A stretch of DNA of 64,000 nt, taken from contig CBDCGL010000011.1 in the NCBI GenBank assembly GCA_965216755.1, positions 800,001 to 864,000 on the forward strand. The letters are read 5' to 3'. The position numbers were made by a program, and so were the translations under genes. Shown piece by piece: positions 52,106 through 62,984 of this stretch. Each line of letters begins with the position of its first letter. The stretch's first letter is position 1. Source of the stretch: Alphaproteobacteria bacterium. Lineage in GTDB: Bacteria > Pseudomonadota > Alphaproteobacteria > UBA7887. The notes beneath the pieces were generated by a model that worked only from the letters and a program-made list of their open reading frames with translations, did not search any database and was not told the origin of the DNA.

Positions 52106-53455
52106 CTAAAAGTGTGAATCCGCGCGAATATGATGAAATCGGCTTTGAAATCGGGCCAGATCGGCGGGGTCGAGACCAACCGTCACATGGGCGCTTTGAT
52201 CGTTGTCCGCGCGATCGATCACGCATCCATGGGCATATAACCACGCCAATGCGGCGCCGTCGTCGAGAGCCACATCTAACTCAACGATGCTTTGCTGACC
52301 GGACAGGATCTCGTCAAGGGCTTCCAACAGGGCATCACTGCCTTCGCCTGTTTTCGCCGAGACCAAAACAGCGTTGGGGCACCTTTCGGCTTGCGCTTCC
52401 ATCACAGACCGCTGTTCGGACGACAACAAGTCCGCTTTGTTCAGGGCCTCCAACACGGGTGTCTGTGCGTCAGTACCCAAAGCCGCGAGAACGTCCTCCA
52501 CATCCGTCTTTTGTGCTTCCGCATCCGGGTGTGCAATGTCCCGTACATGAACCAGAACATCAGCTTCCAACACTTCTTCCAAGGTCGCGCGAAAAGCGGC
52601 CACCAGATCGGTCGGCAAGTCCGAGATAAACCCGACCGTGTCCGACAAGATGATGCTGCGACCGGAGGGCAGTGTAAGCCCCCTCATAGTGGGATCCAAT
52701 GTCGCAAACAGCTGGTCTTCCGCAACGACGCCGGCGCCGGTAAGCCGATTAAAGAGTGTCGACTTGCCAGCGTTGGTGTAGCCAACCAGCCCGACGACCG
52801 GATACGGCACCTTGCGCCGCGCGCCACGATGAAGTTCGCGGGTGCGGACAACGGCACTTAACGCGCGGCGAATGCGCGTAACCCGCTGGTCGATAATTCG
52901 ACGGTCGGCTTCAAGTTGGGATTCGCCGGGCCCACCCATGAAACCGAAGCCGCCGCGCTGCCGTTCAAGATGAGTCCACGATCGGACCAAACGGCTGCGC
53001 TGATATGTCAGTGAAGCCAGTTCAACCTGCAATCGTCCTTCGCGTGTGCGTGCGCGCCGGCCGAATATCTCCAGAATAAGGCCGGTGCGATCGATTACTT
53101 TGCAATTCAGCGCAGTTTCCAAATTGCGTTGCTGCACCGGCGTCAGAGCTTGGTCGACGATCACAAGGTCGATCCTGTCAGCAACAATTTCGTCTTTCAG
53201 CTGCTCAATGCGGCCGGTACCAAACAAGGTACCCGGCCGGGCCTTGCGAATTGGCACGAGATCCGAATTGGCGATATCCAAATCAATGGCACGCGCCAGC
53301 CCAATCGCTTCATCCAGTCGATCTTGCGGCGCGCGCGCCGCGTGCCGCCCGTTGTTCATCACCGGGTGAAGAACCCACGCACGCTCAGGTTCGACATCCG
53401 CCTCGCGACGTGTCGCCAAACTTGGATCATGTCCGTTAGTACGGTGAGGCAACAT
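52106..53455 (-). CDS. hflX: GTPase HflX
   Basis: DRTGLILEIF, GPGESQLEADRR, GYTNAGKS, FATLDPT, DTVGF, NKAD; start uncertain. Confidence 0.96.
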   Translation of the reverse strand: MLPHRTNGHDPSLATRREADVEPERAWVLHPVMNNGRHAARAPQDRLDEAIGLARAIDLDIANSDLVPIRKARPGTLFGTGRIEQLKDEIVADRIDLVIVDQALTPVQQRNLETALNCKVIDRTGLILEIFGRRARTREGRLQVELASLTYQRSRLVRSWTHLERQRGGFGFMGGPGESQLEADRRIIDQRVTRIRRALSAVVRTRELHRGARRKVPYPVVGLVGYTNAGKSTLFNRLTGAGVVAEDQLFATLDPTMRGLTLPSGRSIILSDTVGFISDLPTDLVAAFRATLEEVLEADVLVHVRDIAHPDAEAQKTDVEDVLAALGTDAQTPVLEALNKADLLSSEQRSVMEAQAERCPNAVLVSAKTGEGSDALLEALDEILSGQQSIVELDVALDDGAALAWLYAHGCVIDRADNDQSAHVTVGLDPADLARFQSRFHHIRADSHF

Positions 53456-53500
53456 GCCCTACATAGGCAACGTCCGACGGACGCATATGATGTGTAACGT

Positions 53501-53758
53501 TCAACCTTGTGCTTCTGAAGATTCTCGAGGTTGTTCGAACAGCTGTATTGGTGTCGACGGCATGACAGTCGAAATAGCATGCTTGTAGACAAGCTGGGAT
53601 TGACCATCCCGGCGCAATAGCACGCAGAAATTATCGAACCAGGTAATGACGCCTTGCAGCTTCACTCCGTTGACGAGAAACACTGTTACAGGCACTTTAT
53701 TTTTGCGGACGTGGTTAAGAAACACATCCTGTACGTTTTGGCCTTTTTCGCCTGCCAT
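53501..53758 (-). CDS. hfq: RNA chaperone Hfq
   Basis: [37 protein letters not shown]. Confidence 0.98.
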   Translation of the reverse strand: MAGEKGQNVQDVFLNHVRKNKVPVTVFLVNGVKLQGVITWFDNFCVLLRRDGQSQLVYKHAISTVMPSTPIQLFEQPRESSEAQG

Positions 53759-54014
53759 ACCTCTAAACTCCCCAAAGTGGAGGTACCGCACCGGCACCGC
53801 AACGTGCCGGAGACAGTTAACTCCTTGCCCCCCGACAGATAATTAAACAACTCAACATAGGCTGCAAACCGCTTATCTTAGCGCCCAGCTCGAACGCCAA
53901 GCAAGATTAACCATTACAATTGACGGACTTGTGCCCTATTTCCTAGTTTTTGACCTAACCTCTTGATGATGTCCAACCAAGCCAGTTTTTGGCGAATCAA
54001 GCGACCCTGATTCG

Positions 54015-54878
54015 TCAATTAGCTGCACCGCCACCGCGTACGAAGTCCAGATAGAGCGATCGCAGACGACCCGTTGTGGTTCCTGGGACCCCGTTGGCGA
54101 TGACACGATCATCAATTTGCACCACTGGCACAACGAACGAGCTCGTTCCCGTCAAAAACGCCTCTCGGGCGGCCAATCCCTCGTCGACCGTGAACGCCGC
54201 TTCTTTGATCCTTAACCCAGCCGACCGAGCCAACGTGATGATCCTTCGTCGCGTAATCCCATTCAATATATCAGCGTTCGCGTCGCGCGTTACAATGACA
54301 CCGTCGTTATTGACAATCCAAGCATTGGACTGGCTCCCTTCCGTGACATAGCCATGATCATCAACCTGCCAAGCCTCAAACGCACCAGCCTGCGCGGCCT
54401 TTTGTTTGGCCAGAATGTTCGGCAGCAACGAGACTGACTTGATATCCCGCCGCCGCCAACGTTGGTCGGGCACTGTGACGACTTTAACGCCATCGACCAG
54501 AACACGCGCGCTGGCCGGGCGGCCGCGTCGCGCGGTGACGGTGACCGTTGGTTTTGCGTCCGCTGGAAAAACGTGGTTCCGCGGGGCGACGCCGCGCGAT
54601 ATCTGTAGGTAAACAATGCCCTCTTCCACGTGATTGCGACGTACGACCTCGCATAGCACGCTGTCGAGCGCGCGTTGGCCCATCGGCGCCGCCATGTCCA
54701 ATGCATTCAGGGAATTGGCCAAGCGTTCATAGTGCCACGCCGCATCGACAAGTCGGCCATCGACTACTGCGATAACTTCGTAGACACCGTCAGAGAACTG
54801 CGTCGCGCGATCCTCGATATGGACCTGTGCCGTGCCATGTCGCATATAGCGACCGTTGACATATGCGATTCGCGACAT
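54015..54878 (-). CDS. dat: D-amino-acid aminotransferase (PLP class IV)
   Basis: MSRIAYVNG, IEDR...FSDGVYEV, RRDIKSVSLL, EGSQSN, LNGITR. Confidence 0.9.
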   Translation of the reverse strand: MSRIAYVNGRYMRHGTAQVHIEDRATQFSDGVYEVIAVVDGRLVDAAWHYERLANSLNALDMAAPMGQRALDSVLCEVVRRNHVEEGIVYLQISRGVAPRNHVFPADAKPTVTVTARRGRPASARVLVDGVKVVTVPDQRWRRRDIKSVSLLPNILAKQKAAQAGAFEAWQVDDHGYVTEGSQSNAWIVNNDGVIVTRDANADILNGITRRRIITLARSAGLRIKEAAFTVDEGLAAREAFLTGTSSFVVPVVQIDDRVIANGVPGTTTGRLRSLYLDFVRGGGAAN

Positions 54879-54889
54879 GAACTCCAATC

Positions 54890-56332
54890 CTATTCTTGCC
54901 AGAACATGGGCGTAAACAACACCAGCAGCGCGAACAACTCAAGCCTACCTGCGATCATACCGATGATCAGAAACAACTTTGCCAATGGGGCGAATTCCAT
55001 GCCAAGCGATGCCCCACCGGCGGCGGCCAACACAGGGCCTGTATTGGTGAGCGCGGACGTCGCGTATGTCAAAGCGTGTTCGAAACTCAAACCGGTTGAG
55101 GCGAGGCCCGACGCAATACATATGAGACAAAAGATGTAAGCTACGAACAAGCCCCAAACCGCGTGAATCATGCGTGTTGGTACGCTCGCATCGCCATACT
55201 TGACCGGCACGACCGCGTGTGCATGAAGCAATAGTGCCATTTCGCGCATGCTTTGCCGGAGCAACATGATTACGCGCATGAGTTTCAAGCCGCCGGCGGT
55301 CGAGGCGCTTGACCCGCCGATGACCGCCAGACCCAAAGCGACAAATGCCGAAAACGTCGTCGATGGCCCTTCGACGAAATAGCCGGTCGTCGTCAAGGCA
55401 GAGATTGCGTTAAAGAAGGCGCCTGACCAATTCGACCGCGCAACCGAAGTGTCCCCCAGCGACATCGACAGCACGCTCCACAGGCCGGCCGCCACCAACA
55501 AAACGAAAAGTAATCGGAACTCCGGGTCGCCAACATATGCCGACCACGTGCCCTGCATCGCGCGCACGTGGACATAGAAATTGATCGCCGCGGCGATCAT
55601 GAAAACAGCCAATATGACCTGCACCCCGCGGCCGGCATACATGCCGGGCCCCTGTGCGTCTGTCATGAAACCGCCCGTCGACGCGGTGCTCATGGCGTAA
55701 CAGATCGCGTCAAAAACAGGCATTCCGGCGACGGCTAGAGTTACCCCGCACAAAGCGACAAGCCCAAAATAGGTCAGGGACATGTTGACGATGGAGCGGC
55801 GCATGCTGGCCCGCGACGCGGTGGTGAGATGAACCGCCCCGCTTGGGCGCCGCACGCGAACGCCGCCGATACCAAGCAGTGGCAAAATGGCGAGGGCGAA
55901 AACAATAGTGCCCAAACCGCCCATAAGCTGCGTCATGGCACGCCAGAGAACCAGGCTGTGGCCCAATTGACCGGGGTCGCTAATCACCGTTAAGCCAGTT
56001 GTCGTGAGCCCCGATACCGCCTCGAAATACGCGTCGGCGATCGATGGGATAGCGCGCGCATAGAGGAAAGGGATACCGGCGAACACGCCTGGGACTGCCC
56101 ACAACAACACCGCCAACAGAAAGCTGTCGCGCTGACGCAATGGCTGATCGCGGCCACCCGCCACGAGACGCAGCAACATGCCCGTGAACATGGCGGCGGC
56201 CGCCGCGATCGCGAACGCGACGACGGTTCGTTGGCTCTCCTCGGATGCCGCGACCAGCAACGGTACAAGCGTTAGAGCGCCAAGGCCGACTAAGACCGAT
56301 CCGAGAATGTGAAAAACAGCTGCGTAGGCCAT
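54890..56332 (-). CDS. trkH: Trk potassium uptake membrane protein TrkH
   Basis: FEAVSGLTTTG, STGGF, TTTGY, GGSSASTAGGLK, NTGP, GRLE. Confidence 0.92.
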   Translation of the reverse strand: MAYAAVFHILGSVLVGLGALTLVPLLVAASEESQRTVVAFAIAAAAAMFTGMLLRLVAGGRDQPLRQRDSFLLAVLLWAVPGVFAGIPFLYARAIPSIADAYFEAVSGLTTTGLTVISDPGQLGHSLVLWRAMTQLMGGLGTIVFALAILPLLGIGGVRVRRPSGAVHLTTASRASMRRSIVNMSLTYFGLVALCGVTLAVAGMPVFDAICYAMSTASTGGFMTDAQGPGMYAGRGVQVILAVFMIAAAINFYVHVRAMQGTWSAYVGDPEFRLLFVLLVAAGLWSVLSMSLGDTSVARSNWSGAFFNAISALTTTGYFVEGPSTTFSAFVALGLAVIGGSSASTAGGLKLMRVIMLLRQSMREMALLLHAHAVVPVKYGDASVPTRMIHAVWGLFVAYIFCLICIASGLASTGLSFEHALTYATSALTNTGPVLAAAGGASLGMEFAPLAKLFLIIGMIAGRLELFALLVLFTPMFWQE

Positions 56333-56378
56333 GAAACCGTCGTATTTGGCGGCACGTGGCGTTGCCGCGTCGAGACCA

Positions 56379-57755
56379 TCAAAAGAAGCCGAGTGCGACA
56401 GAGAAAAGCCGCTCAACTTTTTTCACCGAATCGTGGGGCGCGAAAAGGATGACCCGATCTTGGCTCTTCACCGTTGTATCACCCCGGGGGATGATCACCT
56501 GGTCGCCGCGCACAATCGCACCTAGCAAAACACCCCGCGGCAAGCGTGCACTCTTGAGTGACTGGCCGACAATCGGCGACGTTTCCATGGCCTCCGCTTC
56601 GATCACCTCCGCCTCGCCGCCGCGTAGCGCATAGACCGAACGGATTCGACCTTGTCGAACATGCTCCAAAATGCTCGACACCGTGATTTCCCTCGGGCTT
56701 ACCGCCGCGTCAATTCCCAAGGGGGAAATCAATGGCGCGTACTCTGCTGCGTTGATCAGTGTGATTGCACGTGGACAGCCATGTCGCTTTGCCAATACCG
56801 AAACCAATATGTTGGTCTCATCGTTGCTGCTGACCGCGACGATGGTTTCGGATGACGCAATGTTGGCCTCATCAAGAAGTTCGGAATCCAAAGCGTCACC
56901 GTGGAGAACGATCGTCTTTTCCAGCTGGTCGGCGACCAGCTCAGCCTGCTCGCGGTCCACTTCGACCAGTTTCACCTCAATGCTTGACTCGGACTGCTCC
57001 AAGTGCCGCGCTAAATCGAGACCAATGTGTCCACCGCCAACGATCACCAATCGCCGCGCTTCTTTCTCCTCGTGACCAAAGGTCGCCAAGGCGCGCGTCA
57101 TGTGGTCGGTCTCGACAACGAAATATACTTCGTCGCCTGGGAGCATCTGGTCCATGCCGGTTGGGATAATCGTGGTGTCTTGGCGTACGATGTAGACGAT
57201 CGTGATATTGAGGCTTGGAAATAGTTCGGTCAGTTGCCGCATGGGTGTGTGAACAATGGGGCAGTTTTCCGTAATCCGTACGCCGACCAATCGCACGCGA
57301 TCGTCGGCAAAACCGCGCATGTCAACGGTCCCCGGCACTTCCAATCTTCGACTGATCGCGTTGACGACTTCGGCCTCGGGTGAAATCAAGACGTCAATCG
57401 GAATATGATCACGGCTAAACAAATCGGCCCACGCCGGCGCCAAATAAGCGGGGGTGCGAACCCGCGCGATTTTCATTGGCACATTGAAAAGAGAATGCGC
57501 CACTTGGCATGAGACCATGTTGATTTCGTCCGATTGCGTTACGGCAATCAGCATGTCCGCGTCTTGGGCCCCGGACTGTTCGAGAACGTCGGGATGAGAC
57601 GCGTAGCCAGCAATCGTCTGCACATCGAGCGAGTCGCCAACACGCCGGATTTGCTCTTCCGCGTGATCGACGACCGTAACGTCGCTGCCTTCTCCAGACA
57701 GATGCTGTGCAATATTGAAACCGACTTGGCCGGCACCACACACGATAATGTTCAA
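56379..57755 (-). CDS. trkA: Trk potassium uptake regulator TrkA
   Basis: IIVCGAGQVG, AVTQSDEINM, second RCK domain IVGGGHIG; TTG start at 57755. Confidence 0.95.
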   Translation of the reverse strand: MNIIVCGAGQVGFNIAQHLSGEGSDVTVVDHAEEQIRRVGDSLDVQTIAGYASHPDVLEQSGAQDADMLIAVTQSDEINMVSCQVAHSLFNVPMKIARVRTPAYLAPAWADLFSRDHIPIDVLISPEAEVVNAISRRLEVPGTVDMRGFADDRVRLVGVRITENCPIVHTPMRQLTELFPSLNITIVYIVRQDTTIIPTGMDQMLPGDEVYFVVETDHMTRALATFGHEEKEARRLVIVGGGHIGLDLARHLEQSESSIEVKLVEVDREQAELVADQLEKTIVLHGDALDSELLDEANIASSETIVAVSSNDETNILVSVLAKRHGCPRAITLINAAEYAPLISPLGIDAAVSPREITVSSILEHVRQGRIRSVYALRGGEAEVIEAEAMETSPIVGQSLKSARLPRGVLLGAIVRGDQVIIPRGDTTVKSQDRVILFAPHDSVKKVERLFSVALGFF

Positions 57756-57828
57756 GACTGCCCCCGAGCTCCAATACATACATCCCGCAGACGCGAACTG
57801 TCCGCGCATGCACCGTCGATGTCGGATT

Positions 57829-59220
57829 TCAACCCCGGACGTCGCCGGTGATGCCCAGGGATTTCAGCTTGCGATGCAGCGCCGACCGTTCCATTCCAAC
57901 AAACGTCGCAGTTCGCGATATATTGTTGCCGAAACGCGTTACTTGTGCTTGCAAATATTGCTTTTCGAACATCTCGCGCGCTTCACGCAACGGCAGCGCC
58001 ATGAACTCAGCACCACCGTCGGGACGGACCGACTCGGGACCATTGGCAGTGAGCTCCGGCGGCAACATCTCGGCCCGGATCGGCGTGTGTGGGTCACCCG
58101 GCGACATGATCAACAGCCAGTCGATGACATTTCGCAATTGGCGGACGTTTCCTGGCCAGTCGCACGTCTGTAGAACCGCCAGGGCATCTTCCGCAAAATT
58201 GCGTGGTAGCGAGCCGGCAGCTTCGGCCGCCCGGTCCATGAAATGCTCGGCAAGCACCGGGATATCGTCGCGGCGCTCACGCAGCGGAGGAACCTTAATC
58301 GGGACAACATTCAGGCGGTAAAACAGGTCCTCGCGAAATCGCTTGGCCTCGATTTCGCTCCGCAGGTCCCGGCTGGTCGCGGAAATTACCCGTACATCCA
58401 CTTGCACGGGGCGCCCGCCACCGACGCGCATGAAAGTTTGATCTTGCAAAGCGCGTAGAATCTTTCCCTGCGTTTCCAGTGGCATGTCGGCGACTTCGTC
58501 GATGAACAAGGTACCGCCGTGGGCCAGCTCGAATGTTCCGGTCTTGCGTGGTGTCCCCGGGCCGCGGGCGCCGGCTTCAATGCCGAATAGTTCCTCTTCC
58601 ATGCGATCGGGTGTCATCGACGCGGCGTTGGCGACCACGAATGGTCCGGCACTGCGGCGCGACATTCTGTGGATCAACCGCGCAACGACTTCTTTGCCAG
58701 ATCCGGCGGGCCCCGCGACCATGACCCGGCTTCCGGTCGGCGCAACACGTTCGACCGCCATCCGCAAGCTGGAGATCGCATTGGAACGGCCGATTAGCTC
58801 GACGTCGCCGCCGACGCGCTGTAACAACTCGGCATTTTCACGGCGCAAACGAGCCGCTTCGATCGCTCGGCTGACACTAAGCAATAGCCGGTCGGTTTCG
58901 AATGGCTTTTCGATAAAGTCGTAGGCGCCAAGCCGAATCGCCGACACCGCCGTCTCGATATTGCCATGGCCACTGATCATGACCACAGGGAGTTCCGGCA
59001 CGCTTTTTTTCAGCTCGCGCAGTATTTCGATGCCGTCCATCCGGCTGCCCTGAAGCCATATGTCGAGCAATACAAGTGTCGGCATGCGCGTTTCGATCGC
59101 CGCCATGGCGGATTCGTCGTCCCACGCTTCGCGCGTCTCATAGCCTTCGTCCGCGAGAATCTGCGCGATTAACGTACGGATATCGCGTTCGTCGTCGACA
59201 ATCAGGATTTCGTTAGGCAT
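57829..59220 (-). CDS. ntrX: response regulator NtrX
   Basis: REC domain (LDIWLQGS), AAA+ [19 protein letters not shown], Fis-type HTH MERSALHRKLK; lacks GAFTGA, as is typical of NtrX. Confidence 0.95.
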   Translation of the reverse strand: MPNEILIVDDERDIRTLIAQILADEGYETREAWDDESAMAAIETRMPTLVLLDIWLQGSRMDGIEILRELKKSVPELPVVMISGHGNIETAVSAIRLGAYDFIEKPFETDRLLLSVSRAIEAARLRRENAELLQRVGGDVELIGRSNAISSLRMAVERVAPTGSRVMVAGPAGSGKEVVARLIHRMSRRSAGPFVVANAASMTPDRMEEELFGIEAGARGPGTPRKTGTFELAHGGTLFIDEVADMPLETQGKILRALQDQTFMRVGGGRPVQVDVRVISATSRDLRSEIEAKRFREDLFYRLNVVPIKVPPLRERRDDIPVLAEHFMDRAAEAAGSLPRNFAEDALAVLQTCDWPGNVRQLRNVIDWLLIMSPGDPHTPIRAEMLPPELTANGPESVRPDGGAEFMALPLREAREMFEKQYLQAQVTRFGNNISRTATFVGMERSALHRKLKSLGITGDVRG

Positions 59221-61495
59221 GGGACGCTTCGGTCACGTCATCAATAGCATTGTTGGAAAGCGCATTCGGGACATTTGACGCGGCCGGAAATATCAGACTG
59301 ACGCTTGCGCCGCCGCCGGGCGTATCCGCCAACACCAACTCTCCATCGTGATCCTCCATGATCTTCTTGACGATGGCAAGGCCAAGCCCCGTGCCCTTTG
59401 CACGTGTGGTTACGTACGGTTCGGTTAGCCGATCGCGCATGTCTGCGGGCAAACCACGTCCGTTATCGATCACTGTCACCCTCGGAACATTGCCATTCAT
59501 TGTGCTGACTTTTACTACGATACGCCCCTGCTCTGCGACACTCTCTTGATCTGGATCGCGACCGTCAATGGCATCCAACGCGTTCTGCAACAAATTCGTC
59601 AATGCCTGCCCGACCAATCGCGCGTCGCATTGCACGGCGACGATGTCATCGGGCAAATTCGCGTCAAACGCAATGTCCGGCCGTGCCATTTTTTGCATTG
59701 ACAGCGCGTTTCGGCTGATTTCCACAAGATCTCCAGTTACCCGTACGGGTGCCGGCATACGTGCAAAAGCTGAGAATTCGTCCACCATCCGCCGTATGCC
59801 GCCGACCTGTCGAACGATCGTGTCAATACATTGTGCAAACACCTCCGGTTCATCCAAGATATCGCGCAAATACTTGCGTTTGAGTCGTTCCGCGGAAAGT
59901 TGTATCGGCGTCAGCGGGTTCTTGATTTCATGGGCAATGCGGCGGGCCACGTCCGTCCACGCTGCGGCGCGCTGCGCGTTTACCAACTCGGTAATATCGT
60001 CGAACGTGACCACATAGCCCTGCCCGGTGCCGCCCGAGCCTTCTACCGCCACGCGCACCAGCAAAGTCCGCGCACGGTCTTTTCGTACCAATCCGACCTG
60101 GTCTTGCGCCGTGCGGTGCTCTCCATCCCGCACGGCGGCCATGAGTTCGGCCATCTCGGGCACCGCGTCCTCAATCGGCTTGCCAACCAGGTCTTGCGCG
60201 GTCGCGCTGAGCAGCTCCAACGCCGAGCGATTCGGCAAGAAAATTCGTCCGTCCGAGTCGAGTCCTAGGACGCCGGCGGACACGCCGAACAATACCGTCT
60301 CGGTAAATCGGCGACGCTCATCGAGTTGGCGATTTGCCTCAATTAGCTCCTCACGTTGACTGCCGAGCTGGCCGGTCATGCGATTGAAGGCCCGGCTCAG
60401 CGATGCAATTTCATCGCCTTCCGGACCTTCAATGACCCGCGCGGTCAGATCGCCCCCGCGCACGCGTTCGGCCGCCGCGACCAGGCTCGATATTGGCCGG
60501 ACGAGACCATTCGCGAATGTGAGCCCAACCCAGACCGCCGCCAAGAGAAGCAACAGCGCCACGATCACATAGATCATGGTGAATGTAATCTGAATCCCGG
60601 TGCGCTCGCTTTCCAATACCTGATATTCGTCGACCGCGCGCGACAACCGCTCCATATGTTTCAAAACATCAGAGTCAACGAAGCGTCCGACATAAAGAAA
60701 CGCGCCAATCATGCTGTCTATGGCAGCGAGCGCCCGTACACGGTCGCTGTTTTCGCTGGTCACCACGACCACTTCGCCGCCAGCGGCCCTTTGCAACAGC
60801 GCTTGCGGCAACGGATCAAATTCCAACACAAAGCTGAGCTTGGTTTTCGCCAGAACCTTGCCGTCGGCGCGTACCACAATCGCTTCGGTCAACGACCTTT
60901 CCGTGGCCAAATCTTCCAGAAAGCCATTAAATCCGGACGGGTTTTCAAGCAACCGCGGGCCGATACGATTGATGGCGCTGACCATGGACAGTAGGTCGGC
61001 CCGTATGAACTGCTGGTGGTCGCTCAAGTAAGCCTTGCCGACCGCAAGCGAGCGCTCCAATGCCGTGCTGACCCTGTCATTGAACCAGCTTTGCAACCCG
61101 AAACTGAAGAATAGAGCGGAGAAAACAGCTACCAAGATCGCTGGCGTAACGGCCACAATGCTGAATAGCGCGACCATACGCGTATGGAGACGCGACCCCA
61201 CCGACCCCTGACGGCGCGCGATCCACAGACGCACCAGGCGCCAGGCGACCAGCGCGCCGATCAATAGCAATATGATCAGATCAATATTGAGTAATATCAA
61301 TATCGTACGAGAGTTGGGTCCAGCTGGCGAAAACGACCCTGTAATCGCGCCATAAGTCGCGACGCCGCAGATCAAAGCCGCCGCCGCAAGGATCAACGGC
61401 AGCTTGCGCGACAATCCAACCGCGACCGCCCAACGGTTGACACGACTGCGGGAGCGCGCAGTTTCCAACTCGGAACTGTGGGTGTTTGCGGTCAT
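59213..61495 (-). CDS. ntrY: sensor histidine kinase NtrY
   Basis: TM + HAMP + PAS, AWTDVARRIAHEIKNPLTPI, EPYVTTRAKGTGLGL; start at 61495 or 61531. Confidence 0.95.
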   Translation of the reverse strand: MTANTHSSELETARSRSRVNRWAVAVGLSRKLPLILAAAALICGVATYGAITGSFSPAGPNSRTILILLNIDLIILLLIGALVAWRLVRLWIARRQGSVGSRLHTRMVALFSIVAVTPAILVAVFSALFFSFGLQSWFNDRVSTALERSLAVGKAYLSDHQQFIRADLLSMVSAINRIGPRLLENPSGFNGFLEDLATERSLTEAIVVRADGKVLAKTKLSFVLEFDPLPQALLQRAAGGEVVVVTSENSDRVRALAAIDSMIGAFLYVGRFVDSDVLKHMERLSRAVDEYQVLESERTGIQITFTMIYVIVALLLLLAAVWVGLTFANGLVRPISSLVAAAERVRGGDLTARVIEGPEGDEIASLSRAFNRMTGQLGSQREELIEANRQLDERRRFTETVLFGVSAGVLGLDSDGRIFLPNRSALELLSATAQDLVGKPIEDAVPEMAELMAAVRDGEHRTAQDQVGLVRKDRARTLLVRVAVEGSGGTGQGYVVTFDDITELVNAQRAAAWTDVARRIAHEIKNPLTPIQLSAERLKRKYLRDILDEPEVFAQCIDTIVRQVGGIRRMVDEFSAFARMPAPVRVTGDLVEISRNALSMQKMARPDIAFDANLPDDIVAVQCDARLVGQALTNLLQNALDAIDGRDPDQESVAEQGRIVVKVSTMNGNVPRVTVIDNGRGLPADMRDRLTEPYVTTRAKGTGLGLAIVKKIMEDHDGELVLADTPGGGASVSLIFPAASNVPNALSNNAIDDVTEASHA

Positions 61496-61517
61496 CGTGG
61501 AGCGGCGCGGCCGCTCC

Positions 61518-62984
61518 TCACTTTGCGCCACGCACGACCTGGATGTCGAGCGCGCGGATCTTCTTGCGCAACGTATTGCGGTTTAGGCCAAGCAATTTCG
61601 CGGCCTTGATCTGGTTGCCGCGTGTCGCGGTCAATGTGTGTTCGATCAACGGACGTTCAACTTCTTGCAATATGCGGTCATACAACCCCGCCGCCGGTAA
61701 ATCGTCTTTGTGGTTCGCAAAGTATTGCGCCAAATGACGATCAATGGAATCACTTAGGCTCTCATCCGCGCGCGGCCTGTCATCGTTGCCCGTTGGGTTT
61801 TTTGCAGCGACCGTCAATTCGCGATCGACGATATCGACATCGATGATTTCCTCGGTGTGCAAAACCGTTATGCGCCGGATCAGATTTTCAAGTTCGCGAA
61901 CATTTCCTGGCCAACCATAGGCGCAGAGCCGGTCCATGGAATCGCCGCTAAATGATTTCTGAGCCAAGCCTTCGGCAGCGGATCGATCCAAGAAATGACG
62001 TACCAACAGGGGTATGTCTTCGCGACGTTCGCGCAGGGGTGGCAATCGCAACGGCACCACATTGAGACGATAAAAGAGGTCCTCGCGAAACAGCCCTTGT
62101 TCGATGTGGGACCGAAGATCACGGTGTGTCGCCGCGACGATTCGCACATTTGTCCGAATAGGCGTTCGGCCACCGACGGAAGTAAACTCGCCCTCCTGCA
62201 GTACGCGCAATAACCGGGTCTGTGCCTCCAGCGGCATATCGCCGATTTCATCCAAGAACAGGGTGCCGCCGTTGGCTTGTTCAAAACGGCCCGCGGTGCG
62301 TGTCGCGGCGCCGGTGAATGCTCCGCGCTCATGGCCAAAAAGTTCACTCTCGATGAGCTCGCGCGGAATCGCTGCCATATTCACGGCGACAAACGGACCG
62401 TCTTTGCGGCGCCCATAGTCGTGCAACGCGCGGGCGAAGAGCTCCTTCCCGGTTCCTGATTCGCCGCTGATCATCACCGTCAAGTCAGTGTTCATCAGCC
62501 GAGCGAGCACGCGGTAGGCGTCTTGCATCGCTTGCGACACACCGATCAACGGCAGCGAGTCTTCTTCAACGTCACGCGCGTCGGCGGCGGGTACCCCGGT
62601 CTCGTGTTCCGGCCGTGGTGCCGGCGTCAGAGCGCGCTGCACGATGCCCAGCAACTCGGACAGGTCGAACGGTTTCGGCAAATACTCATACGCCCCGCGT
62701 TCGGCGGCACGAATCGCGGTCAACAATGTTGTTTGCGCGCTCATCACCACGATCGGAAGAGATGGCCGCAACCTTTTGATACGAGGCAGTAAATCAAGAC
62801 CACTGTCATCCGGCATGACGACATCGGTAATGACCATGTCGCCCTCGCCGTTCGCCACCCAGCGCCACAATGTCGCGGCGTTGCTGGCACACTTGACAAC
62901 GTGCCCGGCTTGGCCAAGCGCACGGGCCAAAACTGTCCGAATCGAACGATCGTCGTCGGCAACCAGGATCGTGGCCGGCGTCAT
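61518..62984 (-). CDS. ntrC: nitrogen regulation protein NtrC
   Basis: [56 protein letters not shown]. Confidence 0.97.
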   Translation of the reverse strand: MTPATILVADDDRSIRTVLARALGQAGHVVKCASNAATLWRWVANGEGDMVITDVVMPDDSGLDLLPRIKRLRPSLPIVVMSAQTTLLTAIRAAERGAYEYLPKPFDLSELLGIVQRALTPAPRPEHETGVPAADARDVEEDSLPLIGVSQAMQDAYRVLARLMNTDLTVMISGESGTGKELFARALHDYGRRKDGPFVAVNMAAIPRELIESELFGHERGAFTGAATRTAGRFEQANGGTLFLDEIGDMPLEAQTRLLRVLQEGEFTSVGGRTPIRTNVRIVAATHRDLRSHIEQGLFREDLFYRLNVVPLRLPPLRERREDIPLLVRHFLDRSAAEGLAQKSFSGDSMDRLCAYGWPGNVRELENLIRRITVLHTEEIIDVDIVDRELTVAAKNPTGNDDRPRADESLSDSIDRHLAQYFANHKDDLPAAGLYDRILQEVERPLIEHTLTATRGNQIKAAKLLGLNRNTLRKKIRALDIQVVRGAK

